DNA of 45,009 nt, from positions 1-45,009 of IMG/VR virus record IMGVR_UViG_3300008255_000193; one strand, given 5' to 3'. A program made the position numbers and the translations under genes. Shown here piece after piece: positions 36,253-44,638 of this stretch. How positions within the stretch are numbered: the stretch's first letter is position 1; each line of letters opens with the position of its first letter. Below the pieces are notes generated by a model. It was not told the origin of the DNA. It worked only from the letters and a program-made list of their open reading frames with translations, and made no database searches. This stretch comes from a virus (lineage: Duplodnaviria; Caudoviricetes).

Positions 36253-36390
36253 ATGTCTGCGGCACAGAAGATGGTCACTTTCGAAGAGTCTGGCCTGAGC
36301 GATTATTTCAAGATGGTTCACGGCTGGCTGCTGCAAGCTGCAGACACTGACGACCGCCACGCGGTTGAGGCTCGCTACGTAGCGAAGTAA
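36253..36390 (+). CDS. 45-aa hypothetical protein
   Basis: AGGAGG RBS; MSAAQKMVTFEESGLSDYF... Confidence 0.65.
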   Translation: MSAAQKMVTFEESGLSDYFKMVHGWLLQAADTDDRHAVEARYVAK

Positions 36391-36402
36391 TTTGTCCACG
36401 AT

Positions 36403-36436
36403 CTCTAGCTCGGCACTTGCCGGGCTAGAGTACTTT
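36403..36436 (+). terminator. Hairpin/weak terminator directly upstream of the glycosyltransferase RBS
   Basis: ctctagctcggc-actt-gccgggctagag followed by TACTTT. Confidence 0.5.
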
Positions 36437-36448
36437 CAAGGAGAGCGT

Positions 36449-37402
36449 ATGTACAAGCATCTGATCACAATCCCGAGGGGTGTGCCCAACGGAATCGAAA
36501 CGTATTTGCTGCACCTTGGCGTTGCGTATCAACGTCTTGACGACTTCCAACAGTTCGAGCCAGATGATATCGTCTGCATCCATGGTGGTCCGCCACATGC
36601 GCTATCGACTGGGGACCAAGGCGTAAAGCTGCAGTTCTTGCTCAACATCAACAACCCTACAGTGCTGTTCATCCACGAGCGATCGATCGGCGCTTGCCAA
36701 CGACTGCCCGGCTACCCTGCGCTGATCCAGAAGGCGAATGCTGTCTTCATGCACCAGCCAGACCCAGACTTGTCGATGATCGCAAAGATCGTTCGTGGCA
36801 TCAACCCAACTGCGCAGAAGGGTCGCATCTTGCTGCCATACCGGTTCGACCCAGACTTTGAGATGCCTGACCACAAGCCGCTTAGCTGCGTCTTTGTTGG
36901 ACGTACGAACAAAGTCAAGCGGTACGACCTCGCTGCCAACTTCTTCCAGTCAGTCCCGATGCATTGCTCGTTCTACATGAACGTTCCAAAGTGCGAGATC
37001 AAGAACGTCTTCGACAACCACGCGTTTGCGATCGTCCCAACAGAGCTCCAACCGGACGAGTACGGCATGACTCATGAGTACGTCGCCTACGAAGCTGCCA
37101 ACGCAGGTTGTGTGCTGATACTGCACTCGAACACTCAGCGGTCCAGCCTAGGCAAAGACCTCGGCAGCAATGCGCTCTACATCAACGACTACAACTTCCC
37201 AGAGGTAGCGGCACAGATCAAGTCGCTTTGTGATCGTCCACTAGAGCTTCGTCGTATGGCGTCAAAGACGAGGCGCGTACTGTCAGATCGATCAAACCCA
37301 GCCCAGATCCAGATGATGATCGACCAAGAGGTCGACCTTATGCCCATGAACATTCGCAAGTCGGGAGTGGCTCACAGCGCTACTTTGCAAAGACTAAAAT
37401 AG
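36449..37402 (+). CDS. GT-B glycosyltransferase resembling T4 DNA alpha-glucosyltransferase
   Basis: PRGVPNGIETY, LFIHERS, FVGRTNKVK and HEYVAYEAANAG align in order with recalled T4 AGT motifs (ARGLEGCGVTKF, YQHDHS, WIGRTTTWK, LEYTHLELGACG); AAGGAG RBS at ATG 36449. Confidence 0.78.
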   Translation: MYKHLITIPRGVPNGIETYLLHLGVAYQRLDDFQQFEPDDIVCIHGGPPHALSTGDQGVKLQFLLNINNPTVLFIHERSIGACQRLPGYPALIQKANAVFMHQPDPDLSMIAKIVRGINPTAQKGRILLPYRFDPDFEMPDHKPLSCVFVGRTNKVKRYDLAANFFQSVPMHCSFYMNVPKCEIKNVFDNHAFAIVPTELQPDEYGMTHEYVAYEAANAGCVLILHSNTQRSSLGKDLGSNALYINDYNFPEVAAQIKSLCDRPLELRRMASKTRRVLSDRSNPAQIQMMIDQEVDLMPMNIRKSGVAHSATLQRLK

Positions 37403-37419
37403 TTTCAAAAGCGTCAAAT

Positions 37420-37453
37420 AAGTATGTACTTAGAGTACATACTTTGATAAGAT
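37420..37453 (+). promoter_or_regulatory. Early promoter P4: TGTACT(37425)-N17-TAAGAT(37448) with a perfect 11-3-11 dyad
   Basis: AAGTATGTACT-tag-AGTACATACTT at 37420-37444. Confidence 0.82.
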
Positions 37454-37502
37454 GACCTTAGACACGGGCACCGCCCACTAACCTAAGCTCAAGGAGACCA
37501 CT

Positions 37503-38369
37503 ATGAAAACCGCAGACATCATGGACATCTTTGCCACCGCCAATCTTCTTCGCCCAGTGCACACCCAACCCATCGTAGTCGAAGGTGTGGGCGTCATCCC
37601 TGATCGCAAAGCGATCGTTTTTTCCGACACGAACAAGTACATCGCAATCGTCGGCGCAAACTACAACGTCGTGCAGAACGAAGAGATCTACACAACGATG
37701 GCGAAAGCGCTCGTCAAGTCGAAGCTGAAGCTTGACGGTTTGATGGTGCGTGCGTCGAACTCTGGCAACTACGCCCGTTCGCTCGTCGAGATCAAGTTCC
37801 CAGAGTACCAAGTCGAAGTCGGCAACGGTGACTTCACTCAGTTGTCGACCGTCATGCGCAACTCGTACGATGGATCGTGGAAGCACCAGCTTGACACTGG
37901 CGGCTTTCGCATGGTATGCGCAAACGGGCAGGTCATCGGCGACTTCCAGTCAATCTTCGCAAAACGTCACATCTCGAACTTCAGCATGCCTGACATGGCG
38001 ACGTACCTCATTAATAGCGTTGAGAACTTCGCTGACATGGGCAAGCGCTGGGTCGCGATGACCGGGCAACCTCTTACCGAAGCTCAAGCGATCGACCTGC
38101 TGCTTTCGTTCATCGGTCGTAGCACTGATGACGAAGAGCAAAAGCTCCAGTGGCTCGACTCGAAACGAGCTCGCAACGTCCAAGCAATCGTCGCAGGATG
38201 GCGTGAGAACTCCCACTCACTGGGAAGCAACATGTGGGCGCTGTACAACACGATGACAGCTCACGCAACTCATGTCGGAGAACTCGCCTCTCCTGCCGAT
38301 GTTCGCTCCTACCGCGACAAGCAGGTTTCGAGAGTTCTGAACGAGGCTGAGTTGCTTCTGGCAGCTTAA
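37503..38369 (+). CDS. DUF932/DUF945 family protein
   Basis: YNVVQNEE, RNSYDGS, FRMVCANG, KRH and WALYNTMT motifs. Confidence 0.88.
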   Translation: MKTADIMDIFATANLLRPVHTQPIVVEGVGVIPDRKAIVFSDTNKYIAIVGANYNVVQNEEIYTTMAKALVKSKLKLDGLMVRASNSGNYARSLVEIKFPEYQVEVGNGDFTQLSTVMRNSYDGSWKHQLDTGGFRMVCANGQVIGDFQSIFAKRHISNFSMPDMATYLINSVENFADMGKRWVAMTGQPLTEAQAIDLLLSFIGRSTDDEEQKLQWLDSKRARNVQAIVAGWRENSHSLGSNMWALYNTMTAHATHVGELASPADVRSYRDKQVSRVLNEAELLLAA

Positions 38370-38373
38370 AACG

Positions 38374-38416
38374 CTAACTCATTGACCCGGAGGCTTCCTC
38401 CGGGTCAATGAGTTAG
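38374..38416. repeat. Perfect 20-bp inverted repeat with a 3-nt loop
   Basis: ctaactcattgacccggagg-ctt-cctccgggtcaatgagttag. Confidence 0.9.
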
Positions 38417-38480
38417 AAAGCGGGTTCACCAGATGACTTCTGGTTAACAATTAGTCAGTTACCTATAGGATCCTATAGGT
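38416..38480 (+). repeat. Dispersed ~65-bp palindromic element, copy 5 (perfect ACCTATAGGATCCTATAGGT at 38461-38480)
   Basis: Near-identical to the inverted copy at 8266-8331. Confidence 0.9.
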
Positions 38481-38523
38481 CAAAAAGCCCCAAAAACGGG
38501 CGTTACCCACACAAGGAGGACAA

Positions 38524-38889
38524 ATGGCCGACATCAAGCAAGTCTACCAAGAGCTCTGCAATGAGCAGCGAAAGCTCAAGGCGATGGAACGTGAGTTCAA
38601 CGAACAGTCGAAAAAGGTCACTGCTCTGCGAGAGATGATGCTCTCAGAGATGACGATCGCCGGGACCGTGGCTTACAAAGGATCGCTTGGCACGCTCAGC
38701 ATCCGCACCTCAGAACAGCCAGTCGTCAATGACTGGGACGCGTTGTACCAGTTCATTTTGCAGAACAAGGCTTTCGATCTTCTGCAACGCAGAGTATCTT
38801 CCACTGCATACCGTGATCGCCTCGAAGATGGCGAAGTCCCCGGTGTGACAACCTTCGAAAAGCAGACGCTTTTCGTAACCCTCGCTTAA
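38524..38889 (+). CDS. Conserved replication-module coiled-coil protein
   Basis: VNDWDALYQFI...DLLQRRVS...VPGV motif; AAGGAGG RBS. Confidence 0.75.
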   Translation: MADIKQVYQELCNEQRKLKAMEREFNEQSKKVTALREMMLSEMTIAGTVAYKGSLGTLSIRTSEQPVVNDWDALYQFILQNKAFDLLQRRVSSTAYRDRLEDGEVPGVTTFEKQTLFVTLA

Positions 38890-38902
38890 GGAGCGCAGAA
38901 CA

Positions 38903-39709
38903 ATGACCAACGAACTCACTACGCAAAGTGCAGCTGACAAAGACCTCGCTACCACCGAGACTCTCGTAGACTGGGAAAAAGAACTCCAGATCTTGGCAAA
39001 AGAGCAGAGCGCCAGCGTTACGTCTTCATCGCCGATCTTGTCGACGAAGAACAAACTCTTCTCACTCGGCGGCAGCAACCTCGGCACTGAAATTGATGTC
39101 GTCATCGTTGATTCGAAAAAGGAGCACGCGTACTACGATCGCCCGTACGATCCCGACAACCCAACCTGCCCAACCTGCTTCGCGATTGAAGACGAGAACG
39201 GCGAGATGTACCCGCACCCAACAAGCCCAGAGCTCCAAGCTGAAGCTTGTAACGAGTGCCCTCACAACGAATTCGAATCCGCGGCCGTTGGCAAAGGCAA
39301 AGCCTGCAAGAACTCTCGTCGTCTTGCGCTTCTGGCGTACGGTGCTGAAGGACTTGACGCAGGTGAACTGGCCATCCTCAAACTGCCACCGACCAGCCTG
39401 AAGAACTTTGGCAAGTACGTCAAGACCATCACCTCTGCGCTCAAACGTCCGACCTTCGCAGTTGTGACCAAGCTTTGCTTTGACCCGATGGTGCAGTACC
39501 CTGTCGTCGTGCCAACACTCGAGAATCCGATCAAGGAGCCTGCTGAGCTCAGGGCAATCATGTCGACTCGTGACACCGCACTCGAAATGCTCAACGCACC
39601 CTACGATGTCTCTGGCTACGAAAAGTACGTCGCACCTGAACGCAAAGCGCCTGCAAAGGCCGCTAAACCTGCTGCCGCTGCCGCTGGCAAAAAGTCAAAA
39701 ATGAGCTAA
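38903..39709 (+). CDS. Putative ssDNA-binding/annealing protein (Cys-containing family found upstream of phage PolA)
   Basis: PTCFA...CNECPHNEF.S...GKGKACKNSRRLA...LKLPPTSLKNF. Confidence 0.6.
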   Translation: MTNELTTQSAADKDLATTETLVDWEKELQILAKEQSASVTSSSPILSTKNKLFSLGGSNLGTEIDVVIVDSKKEHAYYDRPYDPDNPTCPTCFAIEDENGEMYPHPTSPELQAEACNECPHNEFESAAVGKGKACKNSRRLALLAYGAEGLDAGELAILKLPPTSLKNFGKYVKTITSALKRPTFAVVTKLCFDPMVQYPVVVPTLENPIKEPAELRAIMSTRDTALEMLNAPYDVSGYEKYVAPERKAPAKAAKPAAAAAGKKSKMS

Positions 39710-39716
39710 TCTACAC

Positions 39717-39749
39717 AGGGTCCCGGATTCGTCCGGGGCCCTTCATCTT
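39717..39749 (+). terminator. UUCG-tetraloop hairpin between the SSB-like gene and polA
   Basis: agggtcccgga-ttcg-tccggggccct followed by a weak pyrimidine tract. Confidence 0.6.
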
Positions 39750-39758
39750 GGAGCGTTT

Positions 39759-41531
39759 ATGTACACTATTGACTTCGAGACGAAAGCGATCCAGAAGGGT
39801 TCTCCGCTTTCGCCTAAGCCAGTCGGAGTGTCGATTAAGCACGGTAGTCTAAAGTCGCGCTACTTCGCTTGGGGACACCCGACCGAGAACAATTGCAATT
39901 ACAACGATGCGAAGGAAGCGTTGACAGTCGTCAGCAACCCAGAGTTTGAAGTCGTCATGCACAATGCCAAGTTCGACGCAAGGATCATCATGGAGTGGTT
40001 CAACATTCCGATCCTCGCAACAATGCATGACACGATGGTCATGGCCTTCCTCGCCTACCCATACGAACAAAGCCTCTGTCTCAAGTACCTCGCACAAAAG
40101 TACCTCGGCATGGAGCCAGACGAACAGCTTGAGCTTCGTGACTGGATCGTCAAGCATGTCAAGGGCGCAACAGTCAAGAACTGGGGAGCTTACATCTCGT
40201 ACGGGCCGGGTTCGCTTGTCGGTAAGTACGCAGGTGCGGATACTGACATGACTCACGGGCTTTACTTGAAGCTGAAGGAGGTCATCGATGCGCAAAGCAT
40301 GCAGACAGCGTACCGTCTCGAAATGGACCTCGTACCTGTGTTCATCGAGATGGAGAAGTTCGGTGTCCCAATTGCTGACAACATTAACGAGGCACTGAAG
40401 TTCTGGACTCGCAGATTCGACGATGGCGAGGAGTACCTCAAGTCTGTCGTCGGTGACATCAAGCTTGGCGGCAAAGCGATGTTCAACAAGCTTCGTGTAG
40501 ACGGCTACATCAACGAAGACAACATTACTTACACTGATAAAGGCAACCCGCAGTACGGTCGTGCGTTGCTGCCAAACTTGATCTCAGACGAGAAGCTGAG
40601 GACTGTCCTCGAGCATCGATCGAAGCTGCAGAAGGTCATCGGCACCTACCTCAATCCCTGGGCAGACGCTTACAACAAAGACGGTCGGTTCTTTCCATAC
40701 TTCAACCAGACTCGTGGTGAAGAGTTCGGCGGGACACGAACTGGCAGGGTCAGTTCTGACCTTCAGCAGATCCCAGCGTTCTACGACCCAACGACAACCG
40801 TCGTACCCAACCTGCGGACATTCATCGTCCCAGAGAAGGGTCATGTCCTTCTCAAGCGTGACTACTCGGCACAGGAGATCAGAGTCGCTGCTCACTACGC
40901 TGAGGGATCGATTCTTCAAGCGTACCAAAACGACCCACTGCTGGACGTTCACACTTTCGTCAAGGGCCTCATTCTTGACAAAACTGGTTGGGATCTTCAG
41001 CGACCGATCGTCAAGGCGATCTCGTTTCTCAAGCTCTACGGTGGTGGTCCACGCAGGTTGATGGACACGATCGAATGCTCTTTTTCTGAAGCTGCTGGCT
41101 TCTTTGACGCTTACAACAAAGCGCTGCCTGAGTTCTTGCAGTTGACGAAAGACGTTGAAGCTCAAGTCAAGAACGGCATCATGCTCAGAACTTGGGGAGG
41201 ACGACTTTATGACGTCGAACCCGGTAAGCACATCAAAGGCATTTGGCGTGAATTCTACTACAAGCTGGTCAACACTCTCATTCAAGGGAGCTCGGCTGAC
41301 ATGTCAAAAACAGCGATGAAGCGTTACCACTACCACCCTGATCGTAAGGGTCGCATTCTCTTGGTTGTGCATGATGAGATCATCGTCACTTGCCCAAAAG
41401 AGCGCATCCACGAAGAGATGAAACTACTCAAATGGGCGATGGAAGAGATACCAGGCTGGGATGTCCCGCTGATAAGTGACGCTAAGATCGGTCATACTTT
41501 CGGCGACTTGGAGGAGTATCATGGCGTTTAA
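39759..41531 (+). CDS. polA: Family A DNA polymerase with a 3'-5' exonuclease domain
   Basis: IDFET, HNAKFD and YAGAD (Exo I-III); TRTGRVSS, DYSAQEIR (A), RPIVKAISFLKLYG (B), IQGSSAD, VHDE (C). Confidence 0.96.
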   Translation: MYTIDFETKAIQKGSPLSPKPVGVSIKHGSLKSRYFAWGHPTENNCNYNDAKEALTVVSNPEFEVVMHNAKFDARIIMEWFNIPILATMHDTMVMAFLAYPYEQSLCLKYLAQKYLGMEPDEQLELRDWIVKHVKGATVKNWGAYISYGPGSLVGKYAGADTDMTHGLYLKLKEVIDAQSMQTAYRLEMDLVPVFIEMEKFGVPIADNINEALKFWTRRFDDGEEYLKSVVGDIKLGGKAMFNKLRVDGYINEDNITYTDKGNPQYGRALLPNLISDEKLRTVLEHRSKLQKVIGTYLNPWADAYNKDGRFFPYFNQTRGEEFGGTRTGRVSSDLQQIPAFYDPTTTVVPNLRTFIVPEKGHVLLKRDYSAQEIRVAAHYAEGSILQAYQNDPLLDVHTFVKGLILDKTGWDLQRPIVKAISFLKLYGGGPRRLMDTIECSFSEAAGFFDAYNKALPEFLQLTKDVEAQVKNGIMLRTWGGRLYDVEPGKHIKGIWREFYYKLVNTLIQGSSADMSKTAMKRYHYHPDRKGRILLVVHDEIIVTCPKERIHEEMKLLKWAMEEIPGWDVPLISDAKIGHTFGDLEEYHGV

Positions 41532-42210
41532 ATCGCAAGTCAAACTGTTGGAGCCCGAGCAATGCCACGTCAAAGCATGGTCGTTGTCAGCGCTTGGTCA
41601 GTACGAAGCATGCCCTCTTGCGTACAAGCTCGCAAGGTTCGACAAGATCCCAGGCAAGGGCGCATCTCCTGCGCTGGAGTACGGGATCAAGGTTCACAAG
41701 ATGATGGAAGACTTCCTTAATAGCGTCATCACTGAGATCCCGAAAGAGCTGTCAAAGCTCGAGACAGAGATCACCAACCTGCTGAAGCACAACGCTGTCG
41801 CAGAGGAAGAGCTAGTCGTCGACAACCATTGGCAACCCATCAAAGGCGTTGAACGTCCGTGGTTCGCATCGAACGCGTGGTTGAGAGGCAAGACTGACGC
41901 AAGGGTCTGCAATCTGGTCATCGACCTCAAGTCAGGCAAAGAGTACGATGGCTACGAACAAGCTGCAGAGCTCTACTCGATCTTGACCATGAAGCTCAAT
42001 CCTGAGTTCACGGAGGTCGATGTTGAATTCTGGTACTCCAAGACCGGGAATGTAAAGGGCTATACGTACCACCGCTCAGACATCAACGATATGATCGCTG
42101 TCTGGGACACTCGAGTGTCGAAGCTCTTCAGAGAGAAGCACTGGCTTCCAAAAGAGCATCAGTACTGTAAATGGTGCGACTATCAGTACATGTGCCCATT
42201 GTTCACTTAA
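41521..42210 (+). CDS. PD-(D/E)xK exonuclease (RecB/Cas4-like)
   Basis: WSLS...CP, G.KVH, E..L, GKTD, IDLKSGK, Q..LY and C-terminal CKWCDYQYMC; ATG 41521 with GGAGG RBS. Confidence 0.88.
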   Translation: MAFKSQVKLLEPEQCHVKAWSLSALGQYEACPLAYKLARFDKIPGKGASPALEYGIKVHKMMEDFLNSVITEIPKELSKLETEITNLLKHNAVAEEELVVDNHWQPIKGVERPWFASNAWLRGKTDARVCNLVIDLKSGKEYDGYEQAAELYSILTMKLNPEFTEVDVEFWYSKTGNVKGYTYHRSDINDMIAVWDTRVSKLFREKHWLPKEHQYCKWCDYQYMCPLFT

Positions 42211-42221
42211 GAGGAGACGGC

Positions 42222-42485
42222 ATGTCGGTTGTGGAAGTCTTGTCAGACAAAGATCGTCGAGAAGTAACATTGATCTGCTTTATCGAAGTGACGTTAGCTT
42301 CGATTGCAAACAACACAAAGCCAAAGAGTCGTAGACACACCCAACTCTTAGCTGCAATCGAAAAGATCAAGCTCATCGACGAAACATACGATGGTGCGTT
42401 CTTGGGGTCGTACAAAGAAGACGCTGAAAAGACACTCACCGACATCGAGTCGCAATTGAATGCGTTAATCGCAAGGGGTGATTGA
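42222..42485 (+). CDS. Hypothetical protein
   Basis: GAGGAG RBS; fills the gap in the replication operon. Confidence 0.7.
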   Translation: MSVVEVLSDKDRREVTLICFIEVTLASIANNTKPKSRRHTQLLAAIEKIKLIDETYDGAFLGSYKEDAEKTLTDIESQLNALIARGD

Positions 42486-42766
42486 TGCGAGAAAGCTTGA
42501 TCGAACTTTACTTGAACCGAAAGGTCAAACTGCTGGGTGGGCTCTCTTTCAAATGGGTCTCACCCGGTAGACGAGGTGTCCCAGACAGGATCGTGCTACT
42601 GCACGGAGAAGTCTGGTTTATTGAAGTCAAAGCTGAAGGCGGTAGCCTCAGCGCATTGCAAGCGTACACACTGAACCAACTGAAGGAAGCTGGTGCGAAT
42701 GTTTACGTTGCGCACGGAAGAGGAGGTGTAGATGAGTTTCTCAAGCACTGTAAAGCAGGCGTCTAG
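42485..42766 (+). CDS. VRR-NUC domain nuclease (resolvase-like)
   Basis: RESLIE...KWVSPGRRGVPDRIV...FIEVK...LSALQ. Confidence 0.92.
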   Translation: MRESLIELYLNRKVKLLGGLSFKWVSPGRRGVPDRIVLLHGEVWFIEVKAEGGSLSALQAYTLNQLKEAGANVYVAHGRGGVDEFLKHCKAGV

Positions 42767-44126
42767 AGGTATCATATTCAAGCCAAGATCGTATCAACTG
42801 GAAGGGATCGAGTGGCTTCTGGCGCACCCTGACGCCGGCTTATTCTTGTCACCAGGCTTGGGAAAAACAGCGATCGTGCTGTCAAGCTTCAGAGTGCTGA
42901 AGCATCATGGCACTGTCAACAAGCTGCTGGTGATCGCTCCACTGCGAGTCTGCAGCCTAGTGTGGCCGTTAGAACTTCGCAAGTGGTCAAACTTTTCAAA
43001 CATGTCGATTGGTGTTCTGCACGGACCGCGTAAGAGCGCGATACTGGCTGAAGACCACGACATTTATGTCATCAATCCTGAAGGGCTACAATGGCTTGAG
43101 AAAGTCATCAAGTCAAAAGAGTTCAGTTTCAAAAAGCACAAGTGGGAAATCGTCTTCGATGAATCAAGCTTGTTCAAGCATTCCGGCAGCAAGCGCTTTA
43201 AGATCGTCAAAAAGTTGCTGCCACAGTTCGAACGCAGTGTGATACTGACGGGCACTCCTGCGCCAAACGGTCTTGGTAACGTCTGGAGTCAAGTCTACCT
43301 TTTAGATCAGGGCGAACGACTCGGCAAATACATCACTCAATTCCGCAACAAATACTTCTACCCGACAGGCTACATGGGCTACGACTACAAGCTTCAAAAG
43401 GGCGCAGCCCAAAAGATCTACGACAAGATCAGCGACATCATCTTGCACAAGGGTGTCGAGGAACTTGATCTGCCTGCGCGAATTGATAACCGTATCCAGG
43501 TCACGCTACCGAAGGCTGCTCGTGATGTGTACGAAAGCATGCGAGAGTCCTTCATCGCTGCGTTGGATGAGGACAACGTCTCTGTCGCTGTTAACGCAGC
43601 AGTTGCGTCAGGAAAGCTTCGGCAAATCTGCAATGGCGCAGTGTACGGGGACGAAGGCAACGTCATCAACCTCCACGACGAAAAGATCGGCGCGGTTGAC
43701 GAGCTTGTTGCAACACTTGACGGTCGACCACTGATGGTCTTCTACGAGTTTCAGCATGATCTTGCAAAACTGTTGAAAGCGTTTCCGACAGCAAAAGTTC
43801 TTGGCGGAGGCGTCAAGACAGCGGACGCAGAGATGATCGTCAAACTTTGGAACTGCAACGAGATTCCGTTGTTACTGCTGCATCCTGTTTCTGCTGGGCA
43901 CGGTCTCAATCTGCAGGAGAGCGACTGCCACGACATCGCATGGTACTCGATCCCTTGGGACCTTGAGCTCTACATTCAAGCCAATGCTCGTGTCCATCGG
44001 CAAGGCGTTAAGAACGCTGTTACGATCCACCACATTGCTGCAAAAGACACGATCGATGAGCGCATCATCAAGGCGCTTCAGACAAAGTCTAGCGTGCAAG
44101 ATGCGCTGTTGGATGCTCTTTCATGA
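42732..44126 (+). CDS. SNF2-family phage helicase
   Basis: PRSYQ, PGLGKT, IAP, FDESS, LTGTP, GHGLNLQ and QANARVHRQG. Confidence 0.94.
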   Translation: MSFSSTVKQASRGIIFKPRSYQLEGIEWLLAHPDAGLFLSPGLGKTAIVLSSFRVLKHHGTVNKLLVIAPLRVCSLVWPLELRKWSNFSNMSIGVLHGPRKSAILAEDHDIYVINPEGLQWLEKVIKSKEFSFKKHKWEIVFDESSLFKHSGSKRFKIVKKLLPQFERSVILTGTPAPNGLGNVWSQVYLLDQGERLGKYITQFRNKYFYPTGYMGYDYKLQKGAAQKIYDKISDIILHKGVEELDLPARIDNRIQVTLPKAARDVYESMRESFIAALDEDNVSVAVNAAVASGKLRQICNGAVYGDEGNVINLHDEKIGAVDELVATLDGRPLMVFYEFQHDLAKLLKAFPTAKVLGGGVKTADAEMIVKLWNCNEIPLLLLHPVSAGHGLNLQESDCHDIAWYSIPWDLELYIQANARVHRQGVKNAVTIHHIAAKDTIDERIIKALQTKSSVQDALLDALS

Positions 44127-44130
44127 AAGT

Positions 44131-44164
44131 AAGTATGTACTTTGCAGTCAAAAATGAGTATGAT
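44131..44164 (+). promoter_or_regulatory. Promoter P5: TGTACT(44136)-N17-TATGAT(44159), driving the nucleotide-metabolism operon; lacks the right half of the dyad
   Basis: aagtatgtactttgcagtcaaaaatgagtatgat. Confidence 0.78.
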
Positions 44165-44188
44165 AGCACTATACCCTAACAAGGAGGC

Positions 44189-44638
44189 ATGGCAATGAAA
44201 TACTCGATTTACCTCGCAGGCCCGTGGTTTACGCCTGAGCAAGACGAGCTTCTGCAGAAACTGAAGCAGATGCTCGACAAAGTCGGACTGTCGTACTACT
44301 CGCCGAAAGACGAGTGTTTGTTCGAAAACGGCAAGGGCATGGACGCGCAGGCGATTTTGAAGATGAACGTCAACGCGATCAAAGACGCAGACTATGTGCT
44401 GGCGATCACTGACGGCAAAGACGTTGGTACGATCTGGGAATGTGGCTACGCTTTCGCGGAGTGTGTGCCGATCATCTACGTTTGGGTTGGTCGTCAATCT
44501 GGACAAAAGTTCAACTTGATGCTTGCTGCATCAGGGCAGACTGTCTGCTGCTCGTATGACGAAGTCTACCATGCGCTGCAAGAACTTGCTTTCACTGGAC
44601 GTGTTCCAGTGTCGACATACGACGGAGAAATTGAATGA
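44189..44638 (+). CDS. Nucleoside 2-deoxyribosyltransferase (NDT)/N-glycosidase family protein
   Basis: IYLAGPWF, YYSP, DGKDVGTIWECGYA (catalytic Glu) and FNLML. Confidence 0.92.
   Translation: MAMKYSIYLAGPWFTPEQDELLQKLKQMLDKVGLSYYSPKDECLFENGKGMDAQAILKMNVNAIKDADYVLAITDGKDVGTIWECGYAFAECVPIIYVWVGRQSGQKFNLMLAASGQTVCCSYDEVYHALQELAFTGRVPVSTYDGEIE

Noticed and set aside
31579-37453. Repeated ~35-bp motif as CRISPR repeats or attachment sites
   Set aside because: Copies are 1-3 kb apart, precede RBSs and genes, and fit a -35/N17/-10 promoter; no integrase was found
38374-38480. Protelomerase (telRL) site of a linear phage-plasmid
   Set aside because: No protelomerase or ParA/ParB gene is recognisable, and the palindrome core is multi-copy
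41521-42210. Cas4-like nuclease as part of a CRISPR system
   Set aside because: No repeat-spacer array or other cas genes; it sits in the standard PolA-exonuclease-VRR-NUC-SNF2 module
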